Source of the DNA: an uncultured Nitrospiraceae bacterium
GTDB taxonomy: Bacteria; Nitrospirota; Nitrospiria; Nitrospirales; Nitrospiraceae
Reading direction: 5' to 3'
Assembly: GCA_963706325.1 (NCBI GenBank)
Contig: CAVPLT010000005.1
Location: 128,001-192,000, forward strand
Length of the DNA: 64,000 nucleotides
In this document: positions 29,228-39,928 of the stretch, one piece after another
Numbering within the stretch: the stretch's first letter is position 1
Layout of the letters: each line of letters begins with the position of its first letter
Made by a program: the position numbers and the translations under genes
The notes under the pieces: generated by a model
Database searches by the model: none
Told to the model about the DNA's origin: nothing
What the model saw: only the letters and a program-made list of their open reading frames with translations

Positions 29228-32047
29228 ATGGACTATAAAGCGACCCTCAACTTACCGAAAACCGACTTTCCCATGAAGGCGAACTTGCCGCAGCGGGAGC
29301 CGGAAATGCTCGCCCGTTGGGCGCAGGAACGGTTGTATGATCGGATCCAGGAGTCCCGCCGGGGTTGTGAACAATACATTCTCCACGATGGCCCCCCCTA
29401 CGCGAACGGCCGGATTCACATCGGTCATGCGCTGAACAAGATTTTGAAAGACCTCATCGTCAAGTCGAAGACGATGTCGGGCTATCACGTTCCCTATGTA
29501 CCGGGCTGGGATTGTCACGGCCTGCCGATCGAGCACCAGGTGCTGAAAGAGTTGGGCGACAAGAAGCGGGATCTGGATGCCCTTGCGATTCGCAAACTCT
29601 GTAAGGAATATGCCGAGAAGTACGTTGCGATTCAGCGCGAAGAGTTTCAGCGACTGGGTGTATTGGGTGACTGGCAGCACCCCTACCTCACTTTGAACCC
29701 TGCCTATGAAGGGACGATCATCCGGGAGTTCGGCCGGTTCGTGGAGCGAGGCGGGGTGTATAAGGGTCTGAAGCCTGTCCTGTGGTGCACGCAGGATCAG
29801 ACGGCGCTGGCCGAAGCTGAAGTCGAATATGACGACCACACGTCGCCCTCGGTCTATGTGAAGTTTCCGTTGGTGAGTCCTCCAGCCGTCCTGAGCAAAA
29901 GATTCGGCGGAGTTGCGTTCCCTGTCGATGTAAAGACTGCGTCGGTTCTGATCTGGACGACCACGCCTTGGACCTTGCCCGCTAATCAGGCGGTCTGCCT
30001 CCATGCCGACATCGACTATGCCTTCGTGCAGGTCGGTGATGAACTGCTCGTCATGGCTGAAAAATTGGTCGAATCGGTCGCCAAGGCCTGCAGTCTGACG
30101 GCGTATACCATCGTTGCCGTGAAAAAGGGCAGTGAGGGGTTCGAAGGACTGGAGACCCAACGTCCCTTGACCACCGGTCTTTCGCCGATTCTCCTGGGAG
30201 ATTTTGTCACATTGGAGCAGGGGACCGGCTGCGTGCATATCGCGCCGGGCCACGGTATGGAAGACTACTTGCTGGTGCTGGACCACAATGCGAAGGCCAG
30301 TGTCGGCGAGCGGCTCGAAATCCTCGCGCCGGTGGACAACGGCGGGAAGTTCACGTCGGCAGTTCCCGAGTTTGTCGGACAACATGTGTTCAAGGCGAAC
30401 CCCAAAATCGTGGAGCGCCTTCAGGAGAATGGCCGATTGCTTGGTCATGGCTCGCTGAAACACTCCTATCCCCATTGTTGGCGATGCAAGCAACCCGTGA
30501 TCTTTCGCGCGACCGAGCAGTGGTTCGTGTCCATGGAGACCAATGAGTTGCGGCAAGAAGCCCTGGCCGAGATTGATCGGGTGCGCTGGATCCCGGCGTA
30601 CGGGCGCGACCGGATCAATGGGATGATCGAAAACCGGCCCGATTGGTGTCTCTCTCGTCAACGGGTCTGGGGTACACCGATTCCCGGTTTTACCTGCGTG
30701 AAATGCGGCAAAGTGCTGGCCCACCCCCGGGTGATCGACCATGTGGCAGATTTGATCGGCGAACATGGCACGGACTATTGGTTTGCGAACCAGGCCGCCG
30801 CATTACTCCCCGCCGGGACCCAGTGTGAAGAGTGTGGCGGGGCGGAATTCGAGAAGGAACGCGACATTTTGGACGTGTGGTTCGAATCCGGCGTGAGTTA
30901 TGCGACGGTGCTCAAGCCCAGGCAATGGTGGCCGGCGGACCTGTACTTGGAGGGGTCGGACCAGCATCGCGGCTGGTTCCACAGCGCCTTGTTGGCCGGT
31001 GTGATTACCGATCGGCGCGCGCCCTACAAGGCGGTGCTGACGCATGGATTTGTTCTGGACGGGGCGGGGCGGAAGATGTCGAAGTCGGCGGGCAATGTCG
31101 TGGCGCCGCAGGATGTGATTAAACAATCCGGCGCGGAAATTCTTCGCCTCTGGGTGTCCGCGCAGGATTACCGCGAGGACCTGCGGATTTCACCGGAGAT
31201 CCTGGCTCACCTGATCGAAGCCTATCGGAAGATCCGGAATACCTGTCGCTTCCTGCTGAGCAATCTGTACGACTTCGATCCGTCACAGCATCGTGTGCCG
31301 TTCGAGCAGTTGCCTGAATTAGACCGATGGGCACTGATGCGGCTGGGCGATCTGATCCCGCGCGTGCGGAAGGGGTATGACGAATTTGAGTTCCATACGA
31401 TCTTTCATGCGTTGAACAATTTTTGCTCCGTCGATTTGAGCGCAGTCTATCTCGATATCCTGAAAGACCGGCTCTATACCTTCCGCAAGGACTCTCCGTT
31501 GCGACGCGGCTCGCAGACCGTGTTGTTCGATATCGTGGTGGCCCTCACGAAGCTGATGGCGCCGGTGCTGAGTTTCACCGCCGAAGAAATCTGGCGAACA
31601 TTGCCGGAAGCGGTCCGCGTCGACTCGAAGGCCGACAGCGTCCATCTGGCGATGTTCCCGGAAGTCGATCCGCGCTGGGCAGATGCTAAGTTGGCAAAGC
31701 GGTGGGAGCAGCTGCTTGAGGTGAGAGTGGCGGTTCAGGCGGCTCTCGAAGTGCAGCGTCGCGACAAGGTGATCGGCGCGCCGCTCGAGGCACGGGTCGT
31801 GATCGAGGCTCAGCCGGCACAGTATGAGTTGCTGAAGGCCTATGGCCAGGACTTGGCGGCGTTCTTCATCGTGTCGGACGTGGTGCTCATTGAGTTGCCG
31901 GATGTTCCAGAGAGCCCAGGTGTTATCATCAGCGTGGAGAAGGCCACCGGCACTAAGTGCGAACGCTGCTGGAATTATCGTCAGGCTGTGGGAACCTTTC
32001 CGGACCATCCGACCCTCTGCGATCGTTGCGTGGAGGCGGTTCGTTGA
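29228..32047 (+). CDS. ileS: Isoleucine--tRNA ligase
   Basis: HDGPPYANGRIHIGH, WTTTPWT, WCLSRQR, KMSKS, C-terminal zinc finger. Confidence 0.98.
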   Translation: MDYKATLNLPKTDFPMKANLPQREPEMLARWAQERLYDRIQESRRGCEQYILHDGPPYANGRIHIGHALNKILKDLIVKSKTMSGYHVPYVPGWDCHGLPIEHQVLKELGDKKRDLDALAIRKLCKEYAEKYVAIQREEFQRLGVLGDWQHPYLTLNPAYEGTIIREFGRFVERGGVYKGLKPVLWCTQDQTALAEAEVEYDDHTSPSVYVKFPLVSPPAVLSKRFGGVAFPVDVKTASVLIWTTTPWTLPANQAVCLHADIDYAFVQVGDELLVMAEKLVESVAKACSLTAYTIVAVKKGSEGFEGLETQRPLTTGLSPILLGDFVTLEQGTGCVHIAPGHGMEDYLLVLDHNAKASVGERLEILAPVDNGGKFTSAVPEFVGQHVFKANPKIVERLQENGRLLGHGSLKHSYPHCWRCKQPVIFRATEQWFVSMETNELRQEALAEIDRVRWIPAYGRDRINGMIENRPDWCLSRQRVWGTPIPGFTCVKCGKVLAHPRVIDHVADLIGEHGTDYWFANQAAALLPAGTQCEECGGAEFEKERDILDVWFESGVSYATVLKPRQWWPADLYLEGSDQHRGWFHSALLAGVITDRRAPYKAVLTHGFVLDGAGRKMSKSAGNVVAPQDVIKQSGAEILRLWVSAQDYREDLRISPEILAHLIEAYRKIRNTCRFLLSNLYDFDPSQHRVPFEQLPELDRWALMRLGDLIPRVRKGYDEFEFHTIFHALNNFCSVDLSAVYLDILKDRLYTFRKDSPLRRGSQTVLFDIVVALTKLMAPVLSFTAEEIWRTLPEAVRVDSKADSVHLAMFPEVDPRWADAKLAKRWEQLLEVRVAVQAALEVQRRDKVIGAPLEARVVIEAQPAQYELLKAYGQDLAAFFIVSDVVLIELPDVPESPGVIISVEKATGTKCERCWNYRQAVGTFPDHPTLCDRCVEAVR

Positions 32048-32565
32048 GCACGACCATTCGTTATCTGCTGCTCGGGTTGCTGAGCCTGGCGATCGTCGTG
32101 TTGGACCAAGTCACGAAGGTCTACATCATGGAGACCATGCGGCTCCATGAATCCATTCCAGTGATCGCCGATTTTTTCAGCATCACCTACATTCGCAACC
32201 CAGGCGCGGCGTTTGGGTTCTTGTCATCCAGCAGCAGCTCGTTCCGGTTCGTATTTTTCGGGCTGACTTCGATCTTCGCCGTAGGATTGCTGGGAACTAT
32301 TCTCGTGCGCATGCCGAAGGATGACTGGATGGGCCAGCTCAGTGTAGCGGCGATTCTCGGCGGGGCAATCGGCAATTTATTGGATCGGCTGCGCTATGGG
32401 GAAGTCATCGACTTTCTCGACTTTTATATCAACGGCTACCACTGGCCGGCCTTCAATGTCGCCGACTCGGCGATCACCGTCGGTGTGGTGTTCTTGATTC
32501 TCCACTTTGCTTTCGAAAAGCATCCCGATGATGCTCCGGTTCTCCAAGAGAACCGCCCCTCTTAG
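32044..32565 (+). CDS. lspA: Lipoprotein signal peptidase
   Basis: DQVTK, NPGAAFG, GAIGNLLDR, VIDF, FNVADS; overlaps the ileS stop. Confidence 0.95.
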   Translation: MSTTIRYLLLGLLSLAIVVLDQVTKVYIMETMRLHESIPVIADFFSITYIRNPGAAFGFLSSSSSSFRFVFFGLTSIFAVGLLGTILVRMPKDDWMGQLSVAAILGGAIGNLLDRLRYGEVIDFLDFYINGYHWPAFNVADSAITVGVVFLILHFAFEKHPDDAPVLQENRPS

Positions 32566-32758
32566 CAGGGTGTTGAAAAAGTCCGCCAGCTTTGTTCTCG
32601 CGAGACACTGCCGCCTCACCATCTCCGCGGCGTTCACAGACATGACGCGCTTTATTCAGCGCGTCGTGAACCTCAGAGGCTCAACGTACGGCTCATAGTA
32701 CGATTCGCCTCTTCACTCGCTGCGGCCGCGCTGGACGGCCTTTTTCAACATCCTGCGA
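32563..32758 (+). repeat. Palindromic element, medium copy with near-perfect terminal inverted repeats
   Basis: GCAGGGTGTTGAAAAAG ... CTTTTTCAACATCCTGC; starts at the lspA TAG. Confidence 0.88.
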
Positions 32759-32851
32759 GTGCTTATATCCCTGTCTGAGATACAGAGCGGCTCGCTATTT
32801 GGAGGCTGTTAGGGTAGGTTTCAACAGGTCTCCGAGCTCTCCCGTTACCGG

Positions 32852-33106
32852 CTACGCCGGCAGGGGGAGGATAAACCCGCCTTGTTCGCGAAACTGGCGC
32901 TGCTGCTCCTCCGAAAACATGGCTACTGGTTCGCTATGGCAGAATCGACACTCCTTGAGGGTGACAACCGCGTTCGGTTCCCCGATTCCCACCAGGTACT
33001 GCTTGGCGAGCGTGAGCGCCAGGTCTTCATTCATCGTCATCACGTCGAAGTGCAGCTTGCCGTTCTTGCCGTTGACCCAGGTATCGTACACGTGCAGGGT
33101 GTCCAT
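32852..33106 (-). CDS. DUF2024-family protein
   Basis: HVYDTWV...HFDV...AKQYL...ECRFCHSE. Confidence 0.8.
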   Translation of the reverse strand: MDTLHVYDTWVNGKNGKLHFDVMTMNEDLALTLAKQYLVGIGEPNAVVTLKECRFCHSEPVAMFSEEQQRQFREQGGFILPLPA

Positions 33107-33124
33107 CACTTTCTCCTCAGATCA

Positions 33125-34000
33125 CTACCGAACAACGAATAGCACGATGATGCCCAGCACCATGCGGTAGTAGGCGAACACACTCAGGCTGTGGCGTTGC
33201 ACAAAGGTCAAAAAGGCCGCAATGACGGCCCAGGCGACAACAAACGATACGACCAGGCCAATTCCAAGTGCGACGTAATCATCCTGCGAAAAAGACGCTT
33301 GCGATTTCAGCATTTGGTAGATCGTGGCGATGATCATGGTTGGAAGGGCAAGAAAGAAGGAGTATTCCGTGGCGACGCGCCGGTCAAGGCCGGCGAGAAG
33401 ACCCCCCACAATCGTCGAGCCCGAACGGGACATGCCAGGTATCAAGGAGACGCATTGGGCCAGGCCGACCCAGATGGCTTGTCGCGGAGTGACTTGAAGT
33501 AGTTCGTCGATTTTCACGCGACTCTGCATGCGCTCGACCACGAGGATGGTGATGCCCCCAACAATCAGCGAAATCGCGACGGTCGTCGGCGAGAAGAGAT
33601 AGGCCTTAATGGACTTGTGGGCGAGAAATCCCACTAGGGCCGCTGGCAGGAAGGCTAACCCCAATCCGATGACGAACCAGAGATTGGGCTGAGCGCGAAT
33701 GGATTCCTGAATAAGCGCCGACCATGAGGCACCGCTGCGCCTCGTCACCAACGACCGAAAGTCACGCTGTTCCCGGAGCGCATGCGAAGCCAGTGACGCG
33801 AGCTTGGTGCGTTCGTAGGCGATGATGGCTAAAATCGCCCCCAGCTGGATCGAAATCTCCACATTTGAGGCGATGTCTCCCGTAAATCCCAGGGCATGCC
33901 CAACGAGAATAAGATGGCCTGTGGAGGAGACGGGAAGAAATTCCGTCAATCCTTCGATAATCCCGAGAATGACGGCGAGCTCTGGGCCCCAGTTCATCAT
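33125..34000 (-). CDS. uppP: Undecaprenyl-diphosphate phosphatase
   Basis: EGLTEFLPVSSTGH, PGMSRSGSTI, ATEYSFFLALP. Confidence 0.95.
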   Translation of the reverse strand: MMNWGPELAVILGIIEGLTEFLPVSSTGHLILVGHALGFTGDIASNVEISIQLGAILAIIAYERTKLASLASHALREQRDFRSLVTRRSGASWSALIQESIRAQPNLWFVIGLGLAFLPAALVGFLAHKSIKAYLFSPTTVAISLIVGGITILVVERMQSRVKIDELLQVTPRQAIWVGLAQCVSLIPGMSRSGSTIVGGLLAGLDRRVATEYSFFLALPTMIIATIYQMLKSQASFSQDDYVALGIGLVVSFVVAWAVIAAFLTFVQRHSLSVFAYYRMVLGIIVLFVVR

Positions 34001-34248
34001 ATTAAAATAAGATGGTAGTGGAGATGCTGGTGGTGTGTCGTCGCGCTGAACAGTCGCTGCATATTCCCAAACTGTTCCCCTGCAGTCAAGCGTCCTCCAC
34101 TTTTCTGGTGAAGGATGGCACAGGCTGCAAACGAATCGACGGTGGGTGCTTCGCAATCGGCAAACATGTTGACAAACCGTGGGTCTTGGCATACACACAA
34201 CAAGAGGAAAAGAATCGGATCGGTCCTGATCGAACAGGGGAGGGTCGC

Positions 34249-34977
34249 ATGAAGCATGTGTGGATGGCTGGGCTTGCGCTTATCAGCGCGATAGCCGTCA
34301 GCGGATGCGTGAGTGATAAGAAATACCATGAGGCGCTTGCCGACGCCGATAGCACCAGGAGTGACCTGGAACGTACGCGCGCGCAGAAAAATGCCCTGGA
34401 GCAGCAGGTGAAGACACTCAAGGATCTTAACGCCAAGTTTGGATCGGAAAGCCAAATCGCACGGGATGAGCTGCAGCGGATTCAGCATGGTCGCGACAAA
34501 GAGCGGGACACGATCGACGTCCGGACGAAGGAGCTCGAAGACCGGGTTAAGCAGTTGACGGCGCAGAACCGGAACGTCAAGCAGGAGTACGAAGAGGCCC
34601 GCCGGCACAACGAACAGCTGAAGTCGCTGGTCGCGCGGTACCAAAAGGAAATGAAGGAACGCTCCCGATCGTTGTCGCCGGGTACGGGCTCCTCATCCTT
34701 TGCGGCCCCGTCATCCGGATCCGGCGCATCATCCAAACCGGCTGCCGCGCCTCCTGTCTTCGGCGCGCCTTCTGAGGCCGCTCCGGCAATGTCGGCGCTC
34801 AATATCAATAAAGTTCCGTCGGCTGAGCTGGTGCTCACCTTGGGCATTACCCAGGATGTGGCTGATCGGATCGTGAGCAACCGTCCCTACAGAGTGAAGG
34901 GTGAGTTGGTAGCCAAGAACGTCGTGCCGAAAGATGTGTTTGACGACATCAAGGACCGCATTACCGTCAGCCCGTAA
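34249..34977 (+). CDS. Coiled-coil lipoprotein with C-terminal helix-hairpin-helix domain
   Basis: Lipobox VSGC, long heptad region, Ser/Ala/Pro linker, LNINKVPSAEL..TLGI...ADRIVSNRPY. Confidence 0.8.
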   Translation: MKHVWMAGLALISAIAVSGCVSDKKYHEALADADSTRSDLERTRAQKNALEQQVKTLKDLNAKFGSESQIARDELQRIQHGRDKERDTIDVRTKELEDRVKQLTAQNRNVKQEYEEARRHNEQLKSLVARYQKEMKERSRSLSPGTGSSSFAAPSSGSGASSKPAAAPPVFGAPSEAAPAMSALNINKVPSAELVLTLGITQDVADRIVSNRPYRVKGELVAKNVVPKDVFDDIKDRITVSP

Positions 34978-35017
34978 GCATCTGCACACGTCCACTTCAC
35001 GTGGGCCCCGAGATTGA

Positions 35018-35059
35018 GAAGGCCGCTTGCCGTCAGGGCAAGCGGCCTTCGTCTTTTTT
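35018..35059 (+). terminator. Intrinsic terminator
   Basis: 14-bp stem GAAGGCCGCTTGCC/GGCAAGCGGCCTTC followed by GTCTTTTTT. Confidence 0.8.
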
Positions 35060-35163
35060 GCCCGACGCCGGCGCGGACTTGCGCGAGCGACCCTCCTTGC
35101 TGCATCAGAAAATCGTTTCCTGATAGAATGCCCGCATTGCTCCATGAAAAGGATCAGCCCTTC

Positions 35164-36408
35164 ATGCGCCGTGTGAGTTTGATCATCGGAGTGCTCGCCA
35201 TCGGCCTTGCCATTGCAGGCTATGTGTTTTTTAACGGCGAGCGGCGGGCTCCGGTTCGGTATCGCACCGTTCCTGTCGAACGAGGGACGATTGTGTCTCT
35301 GGTGACGGCCACGGGAACCATCAACCCCATTACCACGATTCAGGTCGGCAGCCAGGTCTCGGGCATGATCGAAAGCCTCCACGCCGATTTTAACTCCAAG
35401 GTGAAAGCGAATCAGGTGGTGGCGCGTATCGATCCGTTCCCCTATCAGGCGAGACGTGATCAAGCGGTCGCGAGTCTTGCCAATGCGAGAGCGGCGTTCG
35501 ACAAGGCGCGGATCGATTTGGCCCAGCGGCGCCGGGAATTGGATCGGGCCAAGTCGCTCATCGGGCAACAGTTCATTTCTCAAAACGAGGTCGACGTCGC
35601 TTTGACGGCTTCCGAAGGCGCGGCGGCTCAATTAAAGGTGACAGAAGCCGCAGTCAAGCAGGCCGAAGCGATGTTGCAAGCGGCTGAGCTGGACTTGAAG
35701 TATACGGTGATCCGTTCGCCGGTCGACGGGGTGGTCATCTCCCGCCTCGTCGAGGTCGGGCAACGCATCTCCGCCAGCTTCTCCATCCCCACTCTTTTTC
35801 TGATTGCGGAAGATGTGACCAAGATGCAGGCCGATACCAATGTCAGTGAAGCTGACATCGGTGGAGTGGCGGAGGGAAAGGAGGCGTCGTTTACGGTCGA
35901 TGCCTATCCCGGCGAACGATTCCAGGGGCGCGTGCGGCAGGTCAGAAATGCGCCGATCAACATTCAAAATGTAGTCACCTATGATGTCGTGGTCGAATTC
36001 AAAAATCCGGAGTTTCGTTTGAAGCCCGGCATGACGGCGAATGTGGCAATTGTCGTGGCAAAAAGAGAGCAGGTCCTCAAAGTACCGAATTCGGTTTTGC
36101 GGTTCAACCCTCCGAAGGCAGTTATCGAAGATACGGTTGCCGTTCGGCCTGCAGGCGGAACTTTTGGACCGGCAAGCCGTCAGCGGGTGCTGTGGAAGCA
36201 GAATGCGCTCGACGAACTAGAGCCGGTCTCGGTGGAGATGGGAATCTCCGACGGGACCTATTCCGAAATAGCCGCCGCCGAGGTACACGAGGGTGATCAG
36301 GTCGTGATCGGTATTGAGGCTGCGCGCGGAGATCGGAAGGGCGCAGATCTTCCTCCCGGGTTTGGGTCTGGGCAGCAGCGCAGTCCACGACGTGATCGCG
36401 GCATATAA
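35164..36408 (+). CDS. MacA-like periplasmic adaptor (membrane fusion protein)
   Basis: ATGTINP..VGSQVSG, IRSPVDGVV, VSEADIG, LKPGMTANV. Confidence 0.92.
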   Translation: MRRVSLIIGVLAIGLAIAGYVFFNGERRAPVRYRTVPVERGTIVSLVTATGTINPITTIQVGSQVSGMIESLHADFNSKVKANQVVARIDPFPYQARRDQAVASLANARAAFDKARIDLAQRRRELDRAKSLIGQQFISQNEVDVALTASEGAAAQLKVTEAAVKQAEAMLQAAELDLKYTVIRSPVDGVVISRLVEVGQRISASFSIPTLFLIAEDVTKMQADTNVSEADIGGVAEGKEASFTVDAYPGERFQGRVRQVRNAPINIQNVVTYDVVVEFKNPEFRLKPGMTANVAIVVAKREQVLKVPNSVLRFNPPKAVIEDTVAVRPAGGTFGPASRQRVLWKQNALDELEPVSVEMGISDGTYSEIAAAEVHEGDQVVIGIEAARGDRKGADLPPGFGSGQQRSPRRDRGI

Positions 36409-36532
36409 CAGGACGCAAATGACTCCCAGCTGCGTTCTCGCTTCGCTGGGAGGCTGGACGTACCGAAAGAGTACGCGTCGCCTCTTAACTTGCTCCGGCC
36501 TTGTTGCGAGGCTTTTTTTTCGCATCCTGCTT
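36406..36532 (+). repeat. Degenerate palindromic element copy
   Basis: TAACAGGACGC ... GCGTTCTCGC ... CGTAC-CGAAAGA-GTACG ... TTTTCGCATCCTGC; starts at the TAA of the adaptor gene. Confidence 0.75.
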
Positions 36533-36605
36533 TTCAGTTTCAGTCCGAGAAGGGCTCCGCTAATCAGCGCTGGATCGTCAAGCGCCGCCAGCTCGTAAGG
36601 ACAGC

Positions 36606-37316
36606 ATGGATCACCTGATCGTTTGCGAAAATATTTCGAAGATCTATCGCGTGGGTGACATGGAGGTTCAGGCCTTGCGCGAGATTGATCTGACGATCGA
36701 CCGAGGAGAGTTCCTCGCGGTGATGGGCGCCTCAGGATCGGGCAAGTCGACGCTCATGAATATCCTTGGATGTCTTGACCAACCGACCCGCGGTCGATAT
36801 CTGCTGGACGGGATGGATGTGGGGACGGCAAAACAGGATGTTCTGGCGGAGATTCGGAATCGACACATCGGGTTCGTGTTTCAGAGTTTTAACCTCATTC
36901 CTAGAACCAGCGCCTTGGAGAATGCCCAGTTGCCGCTGTTTTACCGCGGGGTTTCACTCAGAGAGCAACGGAAGCACGCGGCGACGGCCTTGCAGCGCGT
37001 GGGTCTCGCCGGACGGGAACAGCACTACCCCTCCCAACTTTCCGGAGGCCAGCAGCAACGCGTGGCCATTGCAAGAGCCTTGGCCGGGGCTCCTTCTATT
37101 CTGTTCGCCGACGAACCCACCGGCAACCTCGATACTGTGTCGAGCCGGGAAATTATGGATATCCTGACGGCACTCAATCGTGAGGAGGGGATTACCATCA
37201 TTCTGGTGACGCACGAACCTGATCTTGCGACTTATGCCTCCCGCGAACTCATCATGAAAGATGGACAGATCGTGCAAGACGTTCGGCGTGTCCCTCAGCT
37301 GTCGGGCGCGCAATAG
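36606..37316 (+). CDS. MacB-type ABC transporter ATP-binding subunit
   Basis: GASGSGKST, LSGGQQQRV, ADEPTGNLD. Confidence 0.93.
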   Translation: MDHLIVCENISKIYRVGDMEVQALREIDLTIDRGEFLAVMGASGSGKSTLMNILGCLDQPTRGRYLLDGMDVGTAKQDVLAEIRNRHIGFVFQSFNLIPRTSALENAQLPLFYRGVSLREQRKHAATALQRVGLAGREQHYPSQLSGGQQQRVAIARALAGAPSILFADEPTGNLDTVSSREIMDILTALNREEGITIILVTHEPDLATYASRELIMKDGQIVQDVRRVPQLSGAQ

Positions 37317-37323
37317 GAAGACG

Positions 37324-38559
37324 ATGCTTCCCTTTATGCTGTTGACGGTTATGACGGCATTGCGGGTTCTGAGCCGAAATCGGCTGCGAGCCGGTTTGAC
37401 AATGTTGGGCATTGTGATCGGTGTGGGTGCCGTTATCGCCATGGTGAGCATCGGCCAGGGCGCCCGCGCGGCGGTTCAGTCGCAAGTCGCCAGCATGGGG
37501 ACGAACGTGCTCATCGTCATGCCGGGCTCCACCACGGTGAGTGGTGTCCGGGGAGGCCAGGGCGGAGCGATGACGTTGACGGTCAGTGATGCCGCGGATC
37601 TGAAAAAACGAAGCCCCTTGCTATCCGAGACCGGGTGGGCGCGGCGGGAAGTGATGCAAATCGTCAACGGGAACCGCAATTGGAGCGGTCCGGTCAACGG
37701 CATTTCACCCAGCTACCTCACGATCCGAGACTGGTCCTTCATAAGCGGAGGGGCGTTTACACAGACTGATCTAGACGCCGCAGCCCGCGTGGCGCTGATC
37801 GGCCAGACGACGCTCGAAAACCTATTTGATCCGACTGAGGAGGCAGTAGGCGCGACAATTCGGATCAAAAACGTGCCGTTCCAAATCGTCGGTGTCTTGG
37901 CGCCCAAAGGCCAGTCGGCCCAAGGCTCCGATCAGGACGATGTCATTTTCATTCCTTTCACCACGGCGGAACGGAAGGTGTTCGGCAGTCAATTTCTAGG
38001 ATCGGTCGGGGCGCTGTTCGCGTCAACGGAGCAGAGTGCTGATTTACCGGAGGCCGTCGAACATGTTCGTGAGGTTCTGAGGGGACGTCACCGGTTGCAG
38101 GCTGAGCAGGCGGATGACTTCACAATTCGCACGCAGGTCGATATCGGGAAGGTGCAAGAAAGTACCGGTCAAACACTCACGGTCATGTTGTTCGCCATCG
38201 CGTCAGTGTCGTTGTTGGTGGGGGGGATCGGCATTATGAACATCCTCCTGGTCTCGGTCACGGAGCGCACAAGGGAGATCGGAGTGCGCATGGCAGTGGG
38301 CGCCAAGCGCGTGCATATCCTCATGCAGTTTCTCATTGAGGCCGTCACGCTGAGTCTGGTCGGCGGCATTATCGGAGTGATCGTGGGCGTCGCCGGCGCG
38401 AGGCTCACCACTGCGATAGCGGGGTGGCCGACGATCATTTCTCTCGATTCCATTGTCAGCGCCTGCATCTTTTCCCTGGCCGTCGGGCTTTTTTTCGGCC
38501 TTTATCCTGCCAACAAGGCGGCTCGCCTGAGTCCCATCGACGCGTTACGCTACGAATAG
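37324..38559 (+). CDS. MacB-type ABC transporter permease
   Basis: LTMLGIVIGV, GGIGIMNILLVSVTERTREIG, PIDALRYE. Confidence 0.93.
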   Translation: MLPFMLLTVMTALRVLSRNRLRAGLTMLGIVIGVGAVIAMVSIGQGARAAVQSQVASMGTNVLIVMPGSTTVSGVRGGQGGAMTLTVSDAADLKKRSPLLSETGWARREVMQIVNGNRNWSGPVNGISPSYLTIRDWSFISGGAFTQTDLDAAARVALIGQTTLENLFDPTEEAVGATIRIKNVPFQIVGVLAPKGQSAQGSDQDDVIFIPFTTAERKVFGSQFLGSVGALFASTEQSADLPEAVEHVREVLRGRHRLQAEQADDFTIRTQVDIGKVQESTGQTLTVMLFAIASVSLLVGGIGIMNILLVSVTERTREIGVRMAVGAKRVHILMQFLIEAVTLSLVGGIIGVIVGVAGARLTTAIAGWPTIISLDSIVSACIFSLAVGLFFGLYPANKAARLSPIDALRYE

Positions 38560-38630
38560 TCGCACGAGCCACCCCGAAGGCAGACGTCAACCAAGTCTCG
38601 GCTCACCGATGTGAGAGAGGACGCACGATG

Positions 38631-39872
38631 TCAGCAGACGGCTTTTTCTAACTCCGCTGGTATCGTTCCGATGACTGAGCAGATCTCGCGTATCGGCGCC
38701 TGCTCATCCTGATTGGCGAGGTCGATGACGAGGGGGACAATATAGGGCGTGCCGGATGAGTCATGCGTAATGGTCACGATGGGCTGGTGCAGCTTTCTTG
38801 AGTTAATAACGGAGACAACCGCGCGTTCCCCCGTCGTCAACGCGACATAACTATACACCGGGTAAATACCCATCACCTTGACGAATAGCGACACCAATCG
38901 GTTTTCGTACTTGCCTTCATGCCCTTCCTGATAGAGCCGTTGTAATGACTGGTGTGGAGTCAAAGGCGAGGCTCCGCCGAATCCGGTCAGAAGTTCGTCA
39001 TACCGGTCCGTGACCATGATGAGCCGTGTCATATCTAACGTGAACGTTCCTTTGGTTTCCGCCGGAAAGCCGCTTCCATTCATGTAGGCATGGTGCTCCG
39101 CCACGATTTGTTCGACTGCGGGGGAGAATCCGCCGCGACGTTCGAGCAGGATTGCACCGGAGCGCGCGTGAGATTCGTAGGCGCGGCGGTTCAGCTCTGA
39201 GAGGTTCGCGGAGGTATCATGAATTCGTTTGAGAATGGTCTGAGGCACCTGCAGCAGTCCGATATCATGCAGGAGGGCGCCGGTGGCCAGGTCTTGCAGA
39301 GTAAAGAGATCATAGCCTGCGGCATGAGCGAGGATCATTGAAAAACTGCAGGTGGCGAGGGCATGTTCGCCGACAGCGTTATTTCCGTCGCGGCCTTGGC
39401 TGAAGGCGATGAATAGGGCTTGGGTCGTGAGGGTTTTGGTCACCGCATCGATTTCGTGAATGATGTGCTGGACCTTCTCCCGATCGACGATTCCTGTCTC
39501 AGCAATTCGTGAAAAGGTCGACTGGACGGATCCTTCCAGTTGCTGACGCGCCGCCCGGGCAGCCCGCAATTCCTCAGTCATCGTGGCGAGGGAGCGCACC
39601 ATGGGCGCCTTCTCTGACGCGGAGAATCCAGCCTGAACGATATTCTTTGTGAGCCTCCTTGCGGGAGGGAGAACGGTGTCCGGCAGGTCCATGCCACGCG
39701 TGGGATCAATCTTGAGGTGTTTCACTCCTGCACGCCGCAACTTGTCGATTTGCTCGTCCGTTCTTATCAGGAATGAATGCCTGAAAAATGGCGAACGAAA
39801 CCAAGCGAGGTCCAATTTTGCGACATGCATGCCGATCCGGAGCGCTTCAATGGTGATCGATCGGTGTGCCAT
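38631..39872 (-). CDS. DUF3391 + HD-GYP-like phosphohydrolase
   Basis: LRIGMHV..LD..W..SPF N-terminus; LLHDIG, EHH..MNGSGFP, GIYPV. Confidence 0.88.
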   Translation of the reverse strand: MAHRSITIEALRIGMHVAKLDLAWFRSPFFRHSFLIRTDEQIDKLRRAGVKHLKIDPTRGMDLPDTVLPPARRLTKNIVQAGFSASEKAPMVRSLATMTEELRAARAARQQLEGSVQSTFSRIAETGIVDREKVQHIIHEIDAVTKTLTTQALFIAFSQGRDGNNAVGEHALATCSFSMILAHAAGYDLFTLQDLATGALLHDIGLLQVPQTILKRIHDTSANLSELNRRAYESHARSGAILLERRGGFSPAVEQIVAEHHAYMNGSGFPAETKGTFTLDMTRLIMVTDRYDELLTGFGGASPLTPHQSLQRLYQEGHEGKYENRLVSLFVKVMGIYPVYSYVALTTGERAVVSVINSRKLHQPIVTITHDSSGTPYIVPLVIDLANQDEQAPIREICSVIGTIPAELEKAVC

Positions 39873-39928
39873 AACGTATCAGGACAAAGGGGAAACCGTG
39901 CGGCCCGCCTGGTAACTTACCCTCTCCG

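Noticed and set aside
29252..30766. 504-aa antisense ORF
   Set aside because: Lies entirely opposite ileS; typical GC-rich shadow ORF with no motifs.
32800..32833. GGAGGCTGTT...AACAGGTCTCC mini inverted repeat resembling IS ends
   Set aside because: Too short and imperfect; could simply be a terminator-like hairpin between convergent genes.
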